64,000 bases of DNA from Chrysomallon squamiferum (lineage: Eukaryota > Animalia > Mollusca): positions 9,920,001 to 9,984,000 of the forward strand of contig CM022672.1 of NCBI GenBank assembly GCA_012295275.1, written 5' to 3'. This document shows, piece after piece, positions 14,090 to 27,320 of this stretch. The translations under genes were made by a program, and so were the position numbers. The notes below the pieces were generated by a model. That model saw only the letters and a program-made list of their open reading frames with translations. It was not told where the DNA came from and did not search any database. The first letter of the stretch is position 1. The number at the start of each line of letters is the position of its first letter.

Positions 14090-15830
14090 TATTGCTAATG
14101 TACTTACTTGTAAATAGATTATTGTTTGAACATACATGTTATTATATTTGCATTACTTGTAATTGTATATTTTGTTTAAATATCTGTAATTACATGTAAT
14201 AGGACATTTAGCATTCATATTTGTAATTACATGCAAGTACACATATGTTATGTATATTTGCACTTACTTGTAATTGGACATATCAACAGTTTTGATTGCT
14301 ATATTTACTAGAATTTTCAAAAACAGTTTTAATGATAATATATTTTCTGGTATATATTTTATTTATAGATATTTTCTGTATTTTTTTTTTTAATATTTAT
14401 ATGTAAAAGTGCATGATGTTACATTTATTTTAACTGGTTGTTAACAAGAATTTATTGAAATATCTATTGTCTTGTTTTTATGTTTAATGATGTTTCTATT
14501 CATATCAATATTTTATTTTCATGCAAAATTTTTGATAGTTTAGTCTGTTTATAACTTTTAACATAATTTTAGAAATCTGTTCTTATCTTTAACATATTGG
14601 ATATTTTTGTGTATTTCTTACATTTTGGACAGTTCAACATATTTGTAACTTTTTACATCAATTTACAAATCTGTTCTTATCTGTAACATTGTGGATAGAT
14701 TTGTATACTTGTAATATTCTGAAGCGTTTGAAACATTATATACCTTTTTATAGAATTCTCTACTGAAAGAAGAATTTGGAAACCTTTTGTGTTTATCGTG
14801 AACTGTTTGAACATTTCTACCTTTGTGTGTAGATTTGTTTGTAGTTTGACGTTTTTCTTATAATTACAGACACTGGATGTAATTGACAGAACAATTTTTA
14901 AATCTTTTACTTTTTAGATAGCTGCTGCACTTAAATGGATCGGTATGGGACAATAATTTATATTTATCTGTTTTGTTCAACAGTTTGAATGGGAAATGTT
15001 CTATACTTGTTGACATATACTGAAATATTTTACACTTTTGTTCATGTTGCTACTGTTTGCACATTTATTGCATCTTTCAACATTTGAGCATTCAGTTTGA
15101 CCTTTTGCATATACCACATATATAAATCATTACATATTTAGTTTCAGTTACTTTACATTCTGCATATTTTTTCCAAAACTAATTCTTAGAATATTTTAAA
15201 TACTTATTCGCGTTTATTTTGTATTTTCATGTTTTGCACATTTGTTTGTACTTACATTTAATTTAATATATTGCATTCTTAGTTGAAGTTACATGTTACT
15301 GTTTGGACTTCAGTAGAATGCACATTCCTACTTAATTATAATTGTTTTGACATTCTGCATTCAAATCTGCAATCACTTGTCAAAGAAGATTTATCACATA
15401 TGTTCATACTTACTTGTAAGTGCATGATTTGTATTCGTATTTGCCATTATTTTAATTGCAATCATAAAATTTGGCTGTTAGTTGTAATTTGGCATTTTGT
15501 ACTGGTATATGCAAATGCCTGTAATTAGATATTTGGTAACATATTTCCACTTACTTCCATGAGTGTTTCCATGTGTTTGTAAGTGGATATTTTGCAGTTG
15601 TAATTTAACACTTTGTATTCATCTTTGCAAATACATGTAACAGGATATTTTGCATACATATTTGCACTTGCTTGTAATTTGATATTTTGCTTCCATATTC
15701 ACAGTAAAACTTAGTCATTTTATATTTATGTTTGAAGTTACTTGTAACTGCATATTCTTGTACAGATATTAGCACTTACTTGTAATTGGCTATACTGACA
15801 GTTAGTTGTAACTGTTTGGACATTTGGCAT
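14090..15830. repeat. Decayed ~32-34-bp tandem repeat tracts (atttgcacttacttgtaattggatattttgcattcat-like) in the copy 1 3' flank; paralogous tracts at ~47930-49860
   Basis: Recurrent ttacttgtaattg/catatttgca motifs at 14090-14290 and 15400-15830. Confidence 0.6.
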
Positions 15831-16329
15831 ATAGTAATAGCTTCAATATTTTTGCTTGCCTATACAAACTTGTTTGAATTTATGAAATATGTTTAAATAG
15901 TATACTTTTCTTTGTAATGTATTTCTTTTATTTATGGATATTTTCAGTATATATGTTTGAAATTGCATGTTTTTTTTAACATTTATGAATTTAAACTTTT
16001 CATTGTAATTATAAAGATATGTATTTGCTTTCTATTTTTTATACATTTTCTAAACTATAACTGTATATAATTTTGTAATGTACATGTAAATTTAATATGT
16101 GTTATGACAACATGGATACATCAATGTTTATGATTGCATATTTGAATTATAAATGGCGACACAAATCTATTTAGGACACATTTGAAAAAATCTTTGTTAA
16201 CATTTTTAGCCTTGTTCCAATGTTGCTTTTACAATGAAATGTCAAAACCATAATTTATTATATCATAACCAACAGAATAAATAAGCAAAATTAATGGTCA
16301 TAAATATAAATTCACTTATGATGATGCAA

Positions 16330-16822
16330 CATACCCAAAATAATTGTTGTTATTGGAAAACCATTTAATGGCTATGCCAACACCAAAAATAATGGCTAAT
16401 ATTGTAAAATAACATACTGTTATACTATAAACAAAAGTAATGTTTGGTACTGTAAAATCATATATGGTTACCCATGATTAGAAATAATGGTTATTATAAA
16501 ACCATATATGGTCTGATGATCACCAAAAATAATGGCTAATATTGTAAAATCATGTATTATACCATGAACAAAACTAATGTTTGGTACTATAAAATTATAT
16601 TAGGATAGACTATCATCAGAAATACTGCTTCTTATAAAACCGTGTATAGTCATATCATAACAAAAAGTAATGGTTGTTATTGTAAAACAATTATGGTCAT
16701 ACAATCATAAAAAATAATGGTTGTTACTGTAGAACCATAAATGGTCATACGATCATAAAAAATAATGGTTGTTATTGTAAAACCATACATGGTCATACGA
16801 TCATAAAAGATAGTGGTTGTTA
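16330..16822. repeat. Degenerate ~48-bp minisatellite, about 10 units
   Basis: Unit catacgatcataaaaaataatggttgttattgtaaaaccatacatggt recurs at 16698, 16746 and 16794, with decayed units upstream. Confidence 0.8.
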
Positions 16823-17959
16823 TATATTATTTCTTTCTTCTTAGATGTGTTGAAAACATTTCCTTCTGAGTTGAGGAGGAAGAAATCAATTTTCTTTTTG
16901 TATTTTACTTAGACTGAGATTGCTTTATAGACATTAAAATTGATTTTAGAATTAGCTTAAAAACACACACACATTAACATATGTATATGCATAAGCATAC
17001 ACGCATACTATATATTTATATGCACATGCATATAATTAGAAGTTTTTGATATGAAAGAAAAGCAGTTTCAAATGTTCTCTATTACTAAACTATTGAGTGT
17101 TATAATTTTAGTAAACTGAAAAGGTAGGGTAGGAAAAAGTAAATTTTTTATTAGTTATTTTATATGATTGTAAGAAATTACACATGAATGATGTGAATTA
17201 ACTCCTTAAGACCAAACTTTGTAAAATTACATCTTACCTGATCATTTACACTGGGTATTGTCTTCTTTGTTTGATCATTTTTAAAATTAGATCTTTTTTG
17301 TCAGTGTCATTAGTAAATGTTCTTAGTAACATTGTTTGGATAGATGTATTTTTTTACATACTTTCAATCTTGAAAATTAATTATACTTTTAAATACATTG
17401 ATATTTATTATCATGTAATATTGTAATATATATATAATATTCTCAAATAATGCTTGTTTTCGGGGGTTTTCTGGTCTATTTATTATTGCAACTTTTTCCC
17501 TCATTCTTTATTAAGATTAACACTGTAATTTTTCATTTGATGTATGCTCTTTCCTGAAATAGTGACTGCTTTTAAGAACGAAAGCAAATATATCTGACCT
17601 CAGTTAAGATGGTATTTAGTAGATCTGACAGTTTCAAGACAAAAACCAACATCAATCTGAGTGAAACAAACATACTAACAAGCATTCAGTAGTTTTCACT
17701 ACGTTACAACAGGCTTAATTTCAGTAAACAGAAAATTGTTTAATGTGTTTGAGATGCCAGTGTTTTGAAAACATGTGGATGTAATAACTATAATATTGTT
17801 AATTCTGCTATTGTTTTTCTATAGTAATTGTAAAAATGCGTTATATTCAATTTTAAATAAATATGTAATAGTGCCTAGAGGAGAGATCCAGCAATCACTT
17901 GCATCTCATGTCATCACAATATATTTGTGTATTTTTTCTTCTTTCTAATTTTATTTATT

Positions 17960-17990
<31 letters not shown>

Positions 17991-18616
17991 CTATTCATGT
18001 TTACTATTTTTACTTCTTATTATGATGCAATGTTTTTTTGCTTGGTTTTCTTGTTCATTTGTTTGTTGTTGCTGTTTAGTTGTTATTTTCTTTGTTCAAT
18101 TTTCTTTTTTTGTTGTTGTTGTAAGCTGTTTAGAAGCTGTAAATTCTTTATAAAAGAATTTTAAAATATTTTCCAAACTATTCTTGTTTTGGAGCAAAGT
18201 TTTTTGTTTTAATTTTAAGAGTATCAAATAAAAATTTTGATAGAAATTTGTTAAAATACTTTAAAAGTGTGTTTTAAATTCTACCAGATTTAAATCCACC
18301 AAAAAATTCTGAGCTATGTGTAGCAAAATATATTAATACTATACCCATTACGTAGTTCTGTTCTGGGCATGAGGTGGTTGTAGGATCAGTTCTCCTCAGT
18401 GTCATATTGTCATTTTGCCCAATATGGTTCGTTTATCAAATACCATGTTATGTACTTTCATTTTAAGCATGAACGTGCAAATATTATCAACCAAAAAAAT
18501 TGTTGTAAAACCTCTTTTTTTTTCCCTTTCTGATTGATTAAAGGAGGGTATCAAATTGTAGTTATATTAATACATATAAAACAAATTACAATTTTTTTGT
18601 AAATAATATTTATTAT

Positions 18617-18647
18617 TCTTCTTCTTCTTCTTCTTCTTCTTCTTCTT

Positions 18648-18678
<31 letters not shown>

Positions 18679-18706
18679 TTATTCTTATTATTATTATTAT
18701 TATTAT
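18617..18706. repeat. (CTT)n/(ATT)n microsatellite
   Basis: Direct reading. Confidence 0.95.
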
Positions 18707-19032
18707 TCTGAATTAATTTCCTTTTTTGTAAGAGCTGCATGTGTAGAATTCTTTTCTTCTGTTTTATTCAGAATAAACAGCATATTCTCATATAGCTCAA
18801 AAGAGCAAAAATTTATGTCATGGCCGATTTAAGCTTGGGATATGGATTGATTTCTTACAGCTCGTGTCACTATAAAAAGTATAATATAAAAAAGAATACA
18901 AACATTGTGAGTAGTATTTTAAAAGAGTAAATTAATTTTTAAGGTCAGTGAAGCACTTTTGAGCTATATGGGAACAAACCAAACATATTATTAACTGCTT
19001 ATATTACTTGGCTATATTGCTATTGTGTACTA

Positions 19033-19038
19033 ATAGTC
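19033..19038 (+). terminator. Candidate distal poly(A) signal of sacsin copy 1 (paralog at 50326-50331)
   Basis: AATAAA retained in both duplicates and followed about 35-45 nt later by T- or GT-rich sequence. Confidence 0.3.
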
Positions 19039-20009
19039 TTGACAATATATAGAATAAAGGCTTTGAAAAACTATATTCTTTTTGTGTGTGTGTTTGATTT
19101 TAATCACAGTTGAAAAAAAAAAAATTGAAAAAAGAAAAAAACCAATTAATCAAAGAAAACTTCAATATGTATTAATCATGATTCTATATCCATATCATAT
19201 TAAAAACATCCTCTGGCTATTATTAAACAGAAAATGTTTCAAATGTTGATGTGATCCAATTACTATTATTATAAAACCATGTAAGACTTAACTTTTAGCT
19301 TACATACAAAGAGATTTGTCAGAAAAATGAACTATGTTATGAACTTAATGAATAAAAAAAATTCAGTTTTGATTACTTATAAAAATGCCTTTTTCAGTCC
19401 CATTTGTTTCTACCATTAAGTTTACCAAACAAGAAAAATTCACATTTGTTTAAAACAATTCAAAAGTGTATATTACTGCATCAAACAAGCTGTTCAGTTG
19501 CGTAAGTTACATTCTTATATTTTGAAAAATACTTTTAAGTTTAATACCCTTTAATAAGAAAACAGTCATTTGTTATAATGGAGTTTACAGCAGCAGTACT
19601 GCAAACATTTAAGAGTCACTGTTTTAATATCGAAGTTATATTTATTTCATATGCATTTTTATGTTGCTAATAATAATAATATAATTTATCTACTGTTGAC
19701 AAACACACGCACACACACATATATAAATAAGTAAATAATAAAAAAAATAGTATTAACGGATAAAAACAAACAAATAAAATATAAATTCTTTTATCATTTA
19801 AATTACATTCTCTTCTATTGGATTTTATCATTTATTTTTAATATTTAAAGAAACATTTTTTCTTATGTAATTAAATAAATCTTTGAACAGTGATTATACA
19901 AGTATCAGACCATTTGCCCGGCAAATCTTGGACCTGAGATGATCTGGATTTCTGGATTTTTGTTTTTTGTGGACCCAGGCTTAATATTACTTAAAATACA
20001 AATAAACAA

Positions 20010-21762
20010 TACTACTACTACTAATTATAATAATAATAAAATGTAACAAGAATACTGTGCAAACACTGAAAATAAATTAACAAAAAAGATTTTGAAGACA
20101 AACATACGATCCAGAATAACAGATGTATATTTTCCAAGTCTTACACTCAAAATGAAATAACTTAAATATTTGTAAGACCTATGCAACTAAATTGAATCAT
20201 AAACACTTTTTCAGTTGCTATTTTTAAAATTAATTCAAATCCATTATTATTTAATCTGTCTCTTATCACATTTGAAAGAACAACAATATTTCAAAATTAG
20301 CAGTCAGATATAATGGGTTATTTTTTATATAGGATAATTTAAGAGAGGAAATCCATTGACTTTAATGGTGGGAATGGCAAAATCGTCTGATGAATGTACT
20401 AAGATGGTCTGATCTCATGATTTATTGCCATTTTGACAAACCCTTTAATCAGCAGAGTAAAGGCTGGACAGCTCTATTGCTACAGAAATCTTACCTATTG
20501 TGTCTGTTTCTCCCTGGAGTTGTGTGACCATGTGTTCTAACTGGTCAGCCTTGTCTGTCAGGTCTGCCTTGTCCCTCATCACTTTGGAATATTTTTCCTG
20601 TATTAATAAAACAGACACTTTAATAAATAACGTATACAAAAACTTTAAAAAATAAAAAAAAAATAATAAAATAAGATAAAAATACATTGTTAATAAATAA
20701 TTTTAAAAGAGGTAAAAGAAAAAAAACATTTAAATCAAAAATGAAATAATAAAATAACTTACAGATTTCTCTAAACTGTGTTTATAAAGTTAAGCTTTTT
20801 GCATCATTAATTATGTATTATTGTCACATAAAGAAATTATGTACTTTCATTGAAACACTATTACTGACTGTTTTATATTCTAGATTTTTGTTTTAGGTGA
20901 CCACTTTATGGAATACTTCACAACTCAACAGACTGCACTCAGCTGTTCCTCTTAGTGATGTTTAAAAAAAAGAATATTTAAATTATTACTTTCAAAAGTA
21001 AGACTTTAAATTAAGCAGTTCAGTTTAACATGGTTAATAATGTTAATACTCTTTATATTTCAGTCTATGACCTTGTTTATGAAATAATGGGATAAGTAAC
21101 AATTTTGCCACATCTGTTTGTCCTTCATTAGATTTGTTTTAGTAATACAAAAATCCACTATTTAACTAAAGGTTTTTTTTAAGTAACTCTTCAGTGGTTT
21201 TCTGGAAATGTTAAAAATGCCACTTACAACATTTTCATAATTAGATGATAATAATATATTCTCTTAGCAAACAAAATGTTGTTAGTAACTATTTTCTAAG
21301 TATTCATCACTGTATGAAGTGAAAGAAACAGTTCTTAAATACATCACTGTACAGACCTGAACAATTTCCAGTGCATTTTTCAGTAGGTCATGGACTGATC
21401 TCCTTATATCACTGACAAGATTGTCTTGTGATGAAACAGAATGTCAGTATGTAGTTATTGAAGAAATATTTAACACTGATTTCATGTTTAATTTAAGCAT
21501 GTCTTCCCCGGTTTTTATGTAAAAAACCCACAATAGCTTTATTATTATTATTATTATTTATTTATTTATTTTATTTTATTAATTTTGGAGTCAAATTTAA
21601 AAAATAATATAATAAAGAAAAGAAACTTATTAAAAGAACATTTCATTGATAGTAGTATTAATAATAATAAAAGTAATACTGTAGTAATTTTTTCTAATTA
21701 TCTCCTGAAGATCAGCAACTTTCACTGCCAGACTGTCGGACAGTGTTCTCAGAGATTTCAGT
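20010..21762 (-). pseudogene. GOLGA2: Truncated GOLGA2 relic (homologous to ~56263-58091): intact exon copy 20495-20597, degenerate exon copies ~21357-21430 and ~21690-21762
   Basis: Exon 20495-20597 differs from 56763-56865 by one synonymous base. The second exon has lost its acceptor (cag to cat) and carries substitutions and indels. The third has deletions and is cut mid-exon. Confidence 0.88.
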
Positions 21763-22699
21763 GAGGATAAAATGCATTTAGACTTCATTGCAAACATCAC
21801 TGGTCAGGGACAAGCTGTGGTTCACTGACAGAGCACCTGCTTAACACACAGATCAGTCCTCTTGTGTGGGCTGTTTCACATTTTATCCAGGATCCATGTA
21901 TACAAGCTTTTCTGCTTATAGGAAAAATGTATATCAAAGATGTGATGCTGCTAATAAAAACAGTGAGTTATCCAATGCACACCTGTCTAATTTTAATGTG
22001 ACCCTTATAGGCCTTAACCAAATATCATAGCTGTGTATTGTAAATGTGGTGAGTATATCTTGAATATAATAATTTCCTCTTGAATGATATGCATGTTTTA
22101 ACATTACTTTTATATATGAAAATGTCCCTCTGTGTGTGTGTGTGTATGCTAAATATTTCACTTTAGCTAAATTATATTTAAACAAGTGGGTTGTAATTCT
22201 ATGAACATAAATACTGTCACACTCACAGGTAGCAGTAAATCCAATTTTAATGAAAGTCTATCAATTTATCTTAACTGTTAACAATATTGTGTTTTCGGAG
22301 ACTAGAAATCAACAGTATTTCTAAACAGGCTACATTCGGTAAATTTAAACAAATTAATATTATTATTTACATAACAAATTCTTTCAATAAAAATACTAGT
22401 TCCAGAAAAATGATTATGGTAATGATAATGTTAAAATAACTAAATAAGACATTAGATTACAATTTGTATATATACCTAATTTGTGTTCCAAATCTCCTGT
22501 AGTTCTACTGCACCAAAGACTATAATCTGCATCTAGTGTGATATAATGAGAATCAGTCTCATACAATTCCATGAATGTCCGAATCTAACACTCACCGACA
22601 AATTTACAGCTGATTACACGAGTTGTTTCCCTTCGAAATAAATCGCCAGTTGTGTCTCATGCCACAGTTAATAATTTTAGATAATAAAACAGAATATTA

Positions 22700-22702
<3 letters not shown>

Positions 22703-22732
<30 letters not shown>
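22703..22732. repeat. (GT)n microsatellite
   Basis: Direct reading. Confidence 0.95.
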
Positions 22733-22733
<1 letters not shown>

Positions 22734-23450
22734 ACTATAAAAACATCAAAAACGATAATTACAACACAATAAATAATGCTAACAATATTTAAATGACTAT
22801 TATCTTTAAAAATGTATAAACAATATTATAAACGTTTTCAGTTGTTTAATTCCACATGTCATTTACTATTATTTCTAAAAAAAAATTCTTTAATTGTATT
22901 TGGTTTTATTTATTTATCTATCTATTAACGTACTAGCTCAGGCGTATCGTACCACAAATAAAATAATAACTTAGAAATCTAAGTAAAAAGAAAAATGTTT
23001 GCAAATATCTAGTAAAATGCACAAGAAACTAATAGATGCAGTAGCTTTATAATAATTTGAAAATTTAGCTTGCTACGTTCCTCCTAGACAGTGATCGTAT
23101 TAAATTTAATTACAATTTATTTAATTTGTTTCGAGTTAGTTTTATGGATAGATAGAGTGGTTGTCGTTCACAAAATATATCTGTGGTTTCTGATCAGAAA
23201 TTAATTCTTTAAATTTATTATTTATCTCTAAAGAAAAAATACAGAATTAATTTAACATAATTATTTTTATAATACGATACGACACAAATGAATTTGCTTT
23301 TGCAGCATATTTATTACTTGGATTAAATAAGTTACTCATATAATTATCACGTCTGTCTGACGTGCTTAATACGAAATTGGGACAAAAGGGGGGGGGGCAG
23401 CTGCACAGAAACGTATGTATACTGCAAAGCCACAGAGATCAATCACACTG

Positions 23451-23485
23451 TTCCTGGAAAACTAAAGTAGATATCCTTCCATTGG
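23451..23485 (+). promoter_or_regulatory. Paralogous composite element TTCCTGGAAAACTAAAGT (GAS plus degenerate ISRE) and inverted CCAAT
   Basis: 23420-23520 is a diverged copy of 26480-26580. Confidence 0.42.
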
Positions 23486-23565
23486 TGCATATTTATTATA
23501 CGAACTGTTAAGGACAAAAGTTTATACATTGTAATTTTGTTGTTTGTTCAAATGGAGTATGCAAA

Positions 23566-23599
<34 letters not shown>

Positions 23600-24149
23600 T
23601 TAAATTTTGTCGTATTAAATGAAATAATGATATTTTATCGGTTTGGTAGAATTAATTGACACTTTGTCATGGCTGTCAACTGGTTTTTTATCAGTGTTTC
23701 GGTAGGCTGAGTGAATAGTCATCATTAAATAACTCAAAAGATCTCAGTACTACACGATTTTGTTTATTTTTGTTCAACTCGTGATTGATCAATATTGTAA
23801 TTGATCGCTATAGACTGAGCGTATAGTCGTAATTAAATAACTTTTAAAAGATCTCAAGTCCGTCGTTTGACTACACGATTTTGTTTATTGTTATTTCGAA
23901 CGACGTATGCCAACAGTTTGTGTCTTTTCAAATGAGATAATACCATGTTCAAAATATTTTTCTTAGAATCGGTTGCCGATTGGTCAAATTAGTTACTTTA
24001 TATTTGAACGCCATAATCTAATCGGAGTTGCGAAATCTGAATAAAATCAGTGTATAATCGAAATGAATTAAACTTAAAATATGTAATTAATAAAAAATTT
24101 TTATTATATTCAGTGATTATGATAATAATATAGTGAAACTTTTTTTTAC

Positions 24150-24460
24150 TAGTCAACGCAAGCTGTTTTGAAGTACGCCTGCAACAGTCACGTTCTCTCA
24201 CAAAGCCAGGGGGCGTGTCTGTCGCAGGTGATAACGTTACTCAAATGAGATATATATATTTACACTCACACACAACTCGAAACATTTCCCCAAGCTGACA
24301 TCTGTGACACATAAGGAACGTTTAAGAAAAGGTGATGTAAATTTTTTATTTTAACTTTACACGCGTTCTTCTTGGAAATGACATTGCTTTTGACAACAGA
24401 AGAGTGAGTGACGTCGTGGAAGAAATGGAAATGTTGAAGGTTGGTTCTTCTTTCGTCAAA
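24150..24460 (+). promoter_or_regulatory. Promoter-like module copy 1: KLF/Sp box 24209-24219, GAS TTCTTGGAA 24369-24377, CRE-like TGACGTCG 24409-24416, ISRE-like GAAATGGAAA 24422-24431, possible donor aag|gttggt 24439/24440
   Basis: CpG-richer island repeated at ~27010-27320 and ~27810-28030; motifs read directly, function inferred. Confidence 0.5.
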
Positions 24461-24695
24461 TAATTGTAGATTTTTTTTTATTACGTTTACATATACAGCG
24501 TTTGTCTAGTTATGGTTTTCTTAAATTAATTCTGAAATAGATAAAGATCCATTATCTATCGGCTTCTAACTCATGGTCTACGGAAAACATTGATATACTG
24601 TACGAATCTTTATGTTAGAATAGTAATGTTTATGGATTTTATTTATGTACTGCTGTTTATTTATTTATTTATTTATTTATTTATTATTATTATTA

Positions 24696-24731
<36 letters not shown>

Positions 24732-25931
24732 TAGGCAAACTACATTTAATAATTAGTTGAAACGTCTGCTAATAACTGCCACTTTACCATGAATTTTCGT
24801 TTACAGGAATAATGTTGCAAAATTAGTTTTATTCATCGTTTACGCAGATTTGGTGTGAACATTTATTTTGAGGTAGTTGATCTGAAAGAATACAAAACAT
24901 CTGTAAATGTTAGAAATATTCGGCTTGGCTGTGGAATTATACATTAAAAAAGCCGTTAAAACAGAGCAAAAGATTTATTTTTTCCCTGAATAAATTGACT
25001 TTCGTGGTGCTTGTGTGTGTGTCTGTGTGTGTGTGAGGTTGTATATTTAGCTCAATTTTAAAGGATTGTTAGTTACTATCATTGTTATTCTTTTTATTAT
25101 TATTATAATTTTATATATATTTTTTTTAATAATCGCTATAGTAGCAACTGCAAAATAAATAAATAATGAAAATACTATTTAAGTTATTAGTATTTAAAAT
25201 AAGTAAATAAACAATATTATAAATGTTTTTATTTATTATATTTCAATATATTATTTAATATTATTCTTATTTATTCGATTATTTTTCTTCAATTTCTTTA
25301 ATAATAATAATAATTGCTTTAGTTTTCGGCTGACTAGTATGCAACACAAATATATTTGCTTTTGTGGTAAATTTATTACTTTGAATTAATGAGTTGCTCA
25401 TATAATAATCACGTGATTGATACGAGACTTGAGCAGAAGAGAGCCAACTGAACACAAATATGTAACATCTAGCAGAGTAAGATGGTTTCCTTGTACATGT
25501 AAAACTGTGCATTTTGATTGAAAAGGTTGAAAATACTTTGAAAATCAGTTATGTAATAAATAAATAAATAAAAAAAAAGATCAATAAATAAATAAATAAA
25601 TAAAGAGAAACCTACTAACTCACAATTACGACGTGAGTACTCGTAAAATCAATTAGATATTCATAAGATATTTATAAAATTATGAAATATTTACTCATCT
25701 CCTTATATTAAAGTTATTACTCTTGTATGTATTAATATCGTTAATGCAAGCAGTAAATTATATAAACTCAAAACTGGAAAGAGATAATTTTATAATTTTA
25801 CTAGTTTACTAAAATATCAATAGTTAGTGTACGCAAAAGAAGTACTTTTGATATAAACATACCTAGAAACGTCATGTACCCAACAATACCTGTAAATATC
25901 CAAGTATACAATGATGTAATATAATCTGGGT

Positions 25932-25968
<37 letters not shown>

Positions 25969-26308
25969 ATACAGTTTTGTCCATAGTATATACACCTCAG
26001 ATCTGCATATGATAATGTAAACAATGTTAGCCTAGATTTGAGAAAAAATAGATTTGATTATAACACACACTGATACGCATATGAGTTTATACGTGTATAT
26101 ATGTGCACACATACAATTTATCTATTTTTTACTTTTTATTTGCATTTAATAATAACAGAAAGCAAAGTGTTATTAAAAATCAATTTGACATTTCGTATCG
26201 CTATCTACAATACATTATCTCGATGACAGCAGTCACGTATTAAACGACAAAGTTCATACATTTACATCTTATCAAATGAGATAATACCAACTGGTCAATA
26301 CTGAAGAC

Positions 26309-26309
<1 letters not shown>

Positions 26310-26371
<62 letters not shown>
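26310..26371. repeat. (ATT)n microsatellite
   Basis: Direct reading. Confidence 0.95.
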
Positions 26372-26507
26372 GTATCATTAATTAATTTGATTTCATTTGA
26401 TTTCCTTTTAATTTTGTATTAGTTATTCATTTTTATTTTGTCATTATTTTATTGTAAACCGTATCGTCTTTTTGTATACGACAAAGCCACAGAGATCGAT
26501 TGTACTT

Positions 26508-26542
26508 TTCTTGGAAAACGAAAGTAGACGTCTTTTCATTGG
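26508..26542 (+). promoter_or_regulatory. Composite GAS/ISRE element TTCTTGGAAAACGAAAGT followed by an inverted CCAAT box
   Basis: TTC-N3-GAA at 26508-26516 overlaps GAAA-N2-GAAAGT at 26514-26525; ATTGG at 26538-26542. Confidence 0.5.
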
Positions 26543-27009
26543 TGCATAGTTATCAAACGACTGAAACTAGGATCAAAGGTTGGAAAGATATTTGAAATGG
26601 GTCGTAATATAAAGATAAAAACAAAATTTAGGTTTCCATAAAATAAAATAAAATAAAATAAAAAAATATGATGATGGTATATGGTGCGTTGATTCTTTCG
26701 AATTTGTACAGGATAATACATTCAATAGCGGCCTAGATTTGGTATAAAATACATTCTGATTTGCAAGCGCACACACACACACACACACACACCGGCACTT
26801 AAACAGATACACTTCAAAATTATATACTAAACACACACTAATACCCGTATGTTATTACGTATAATTATCATATATAGAAATACAAGTCAGAAAATGGATA
26901 AAATCGCTACAGAGGCGAAATTAAATAACTTTAAAAAGTATAATTAATCAAAATGTTATTATTATTCAGGGATGATGATAATTATATCAGTGAGTGAAAA
27001 CAAAATTAA

Positions 27010-27320
27010 CTAATCAGAGCAAGCTGTTGTAATGCACGGGTCCGACAGTCACGTTCTCTGACAAAGTCAGGGGGCGTGTCTATTGCAAGTGATAATGTAA
27101 CTCAAATGAAATTTATATATCTACACTCACACACAGCTCGAAACATTTCCCCAAGCTGACATCTGTGACACATAAGGAACGTTCAAGAAAAGGTGATGTG
27201 AATTTTTTATTTTAACTTTACACGCGTTCTTCTTGGAAAAGATATTGATTTGACAACGGAAGAGTGGTTGACGTCGTGGAAGAAATGGAAATGTTGAAGG
27301 TTGGTTCTTCTTTGTGAAAT
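27010..27320 (+). promoter_or_regulatory. Promoter-like module copy 2: KLF/Sp 27070-27080, GAS 27230-27238, CRE-like 27269-27276, ISRE-like 27282-27291
   Basis: Near-identical to 24150-24460. Confidence 0.5.

Larger units (their letters stand above)
1..21762. repeat. Segmental duplication unit A (visible part), paralogous to ~34025-58091
   Basis: Colinear similarity through the gene, 3' flank and GOLGA2 introns, with large indels. Confidence 0.9.

Noticed and set aside
16330-16822. Periodic repeats here and at 55545-55903 that superficially resemble CRISPR arrays
   Set aside because: Head-to-tail units without unique spacers, eukaryotic context, no cas genes
17899-18153. Hydrophobic low-complexity ORFs (also 25801-25995, 50373-50645, 58851-59039)
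   Set aside because: Translations of microsatellite or AT-rich tracts with no splice or homology support
20388-20411. TGATGA...CTGA resembling C/D snoRNA boxes
   Set aside because: The boxes are too close together, lie antisense to the host gene, and the D box is CTAA in the functional copy
21800-21895. Possible decayed tRNA-derived SINE next to the duplication breakpoint
   Set aside because: A and B boxes are too degenerate to support without a repeat library
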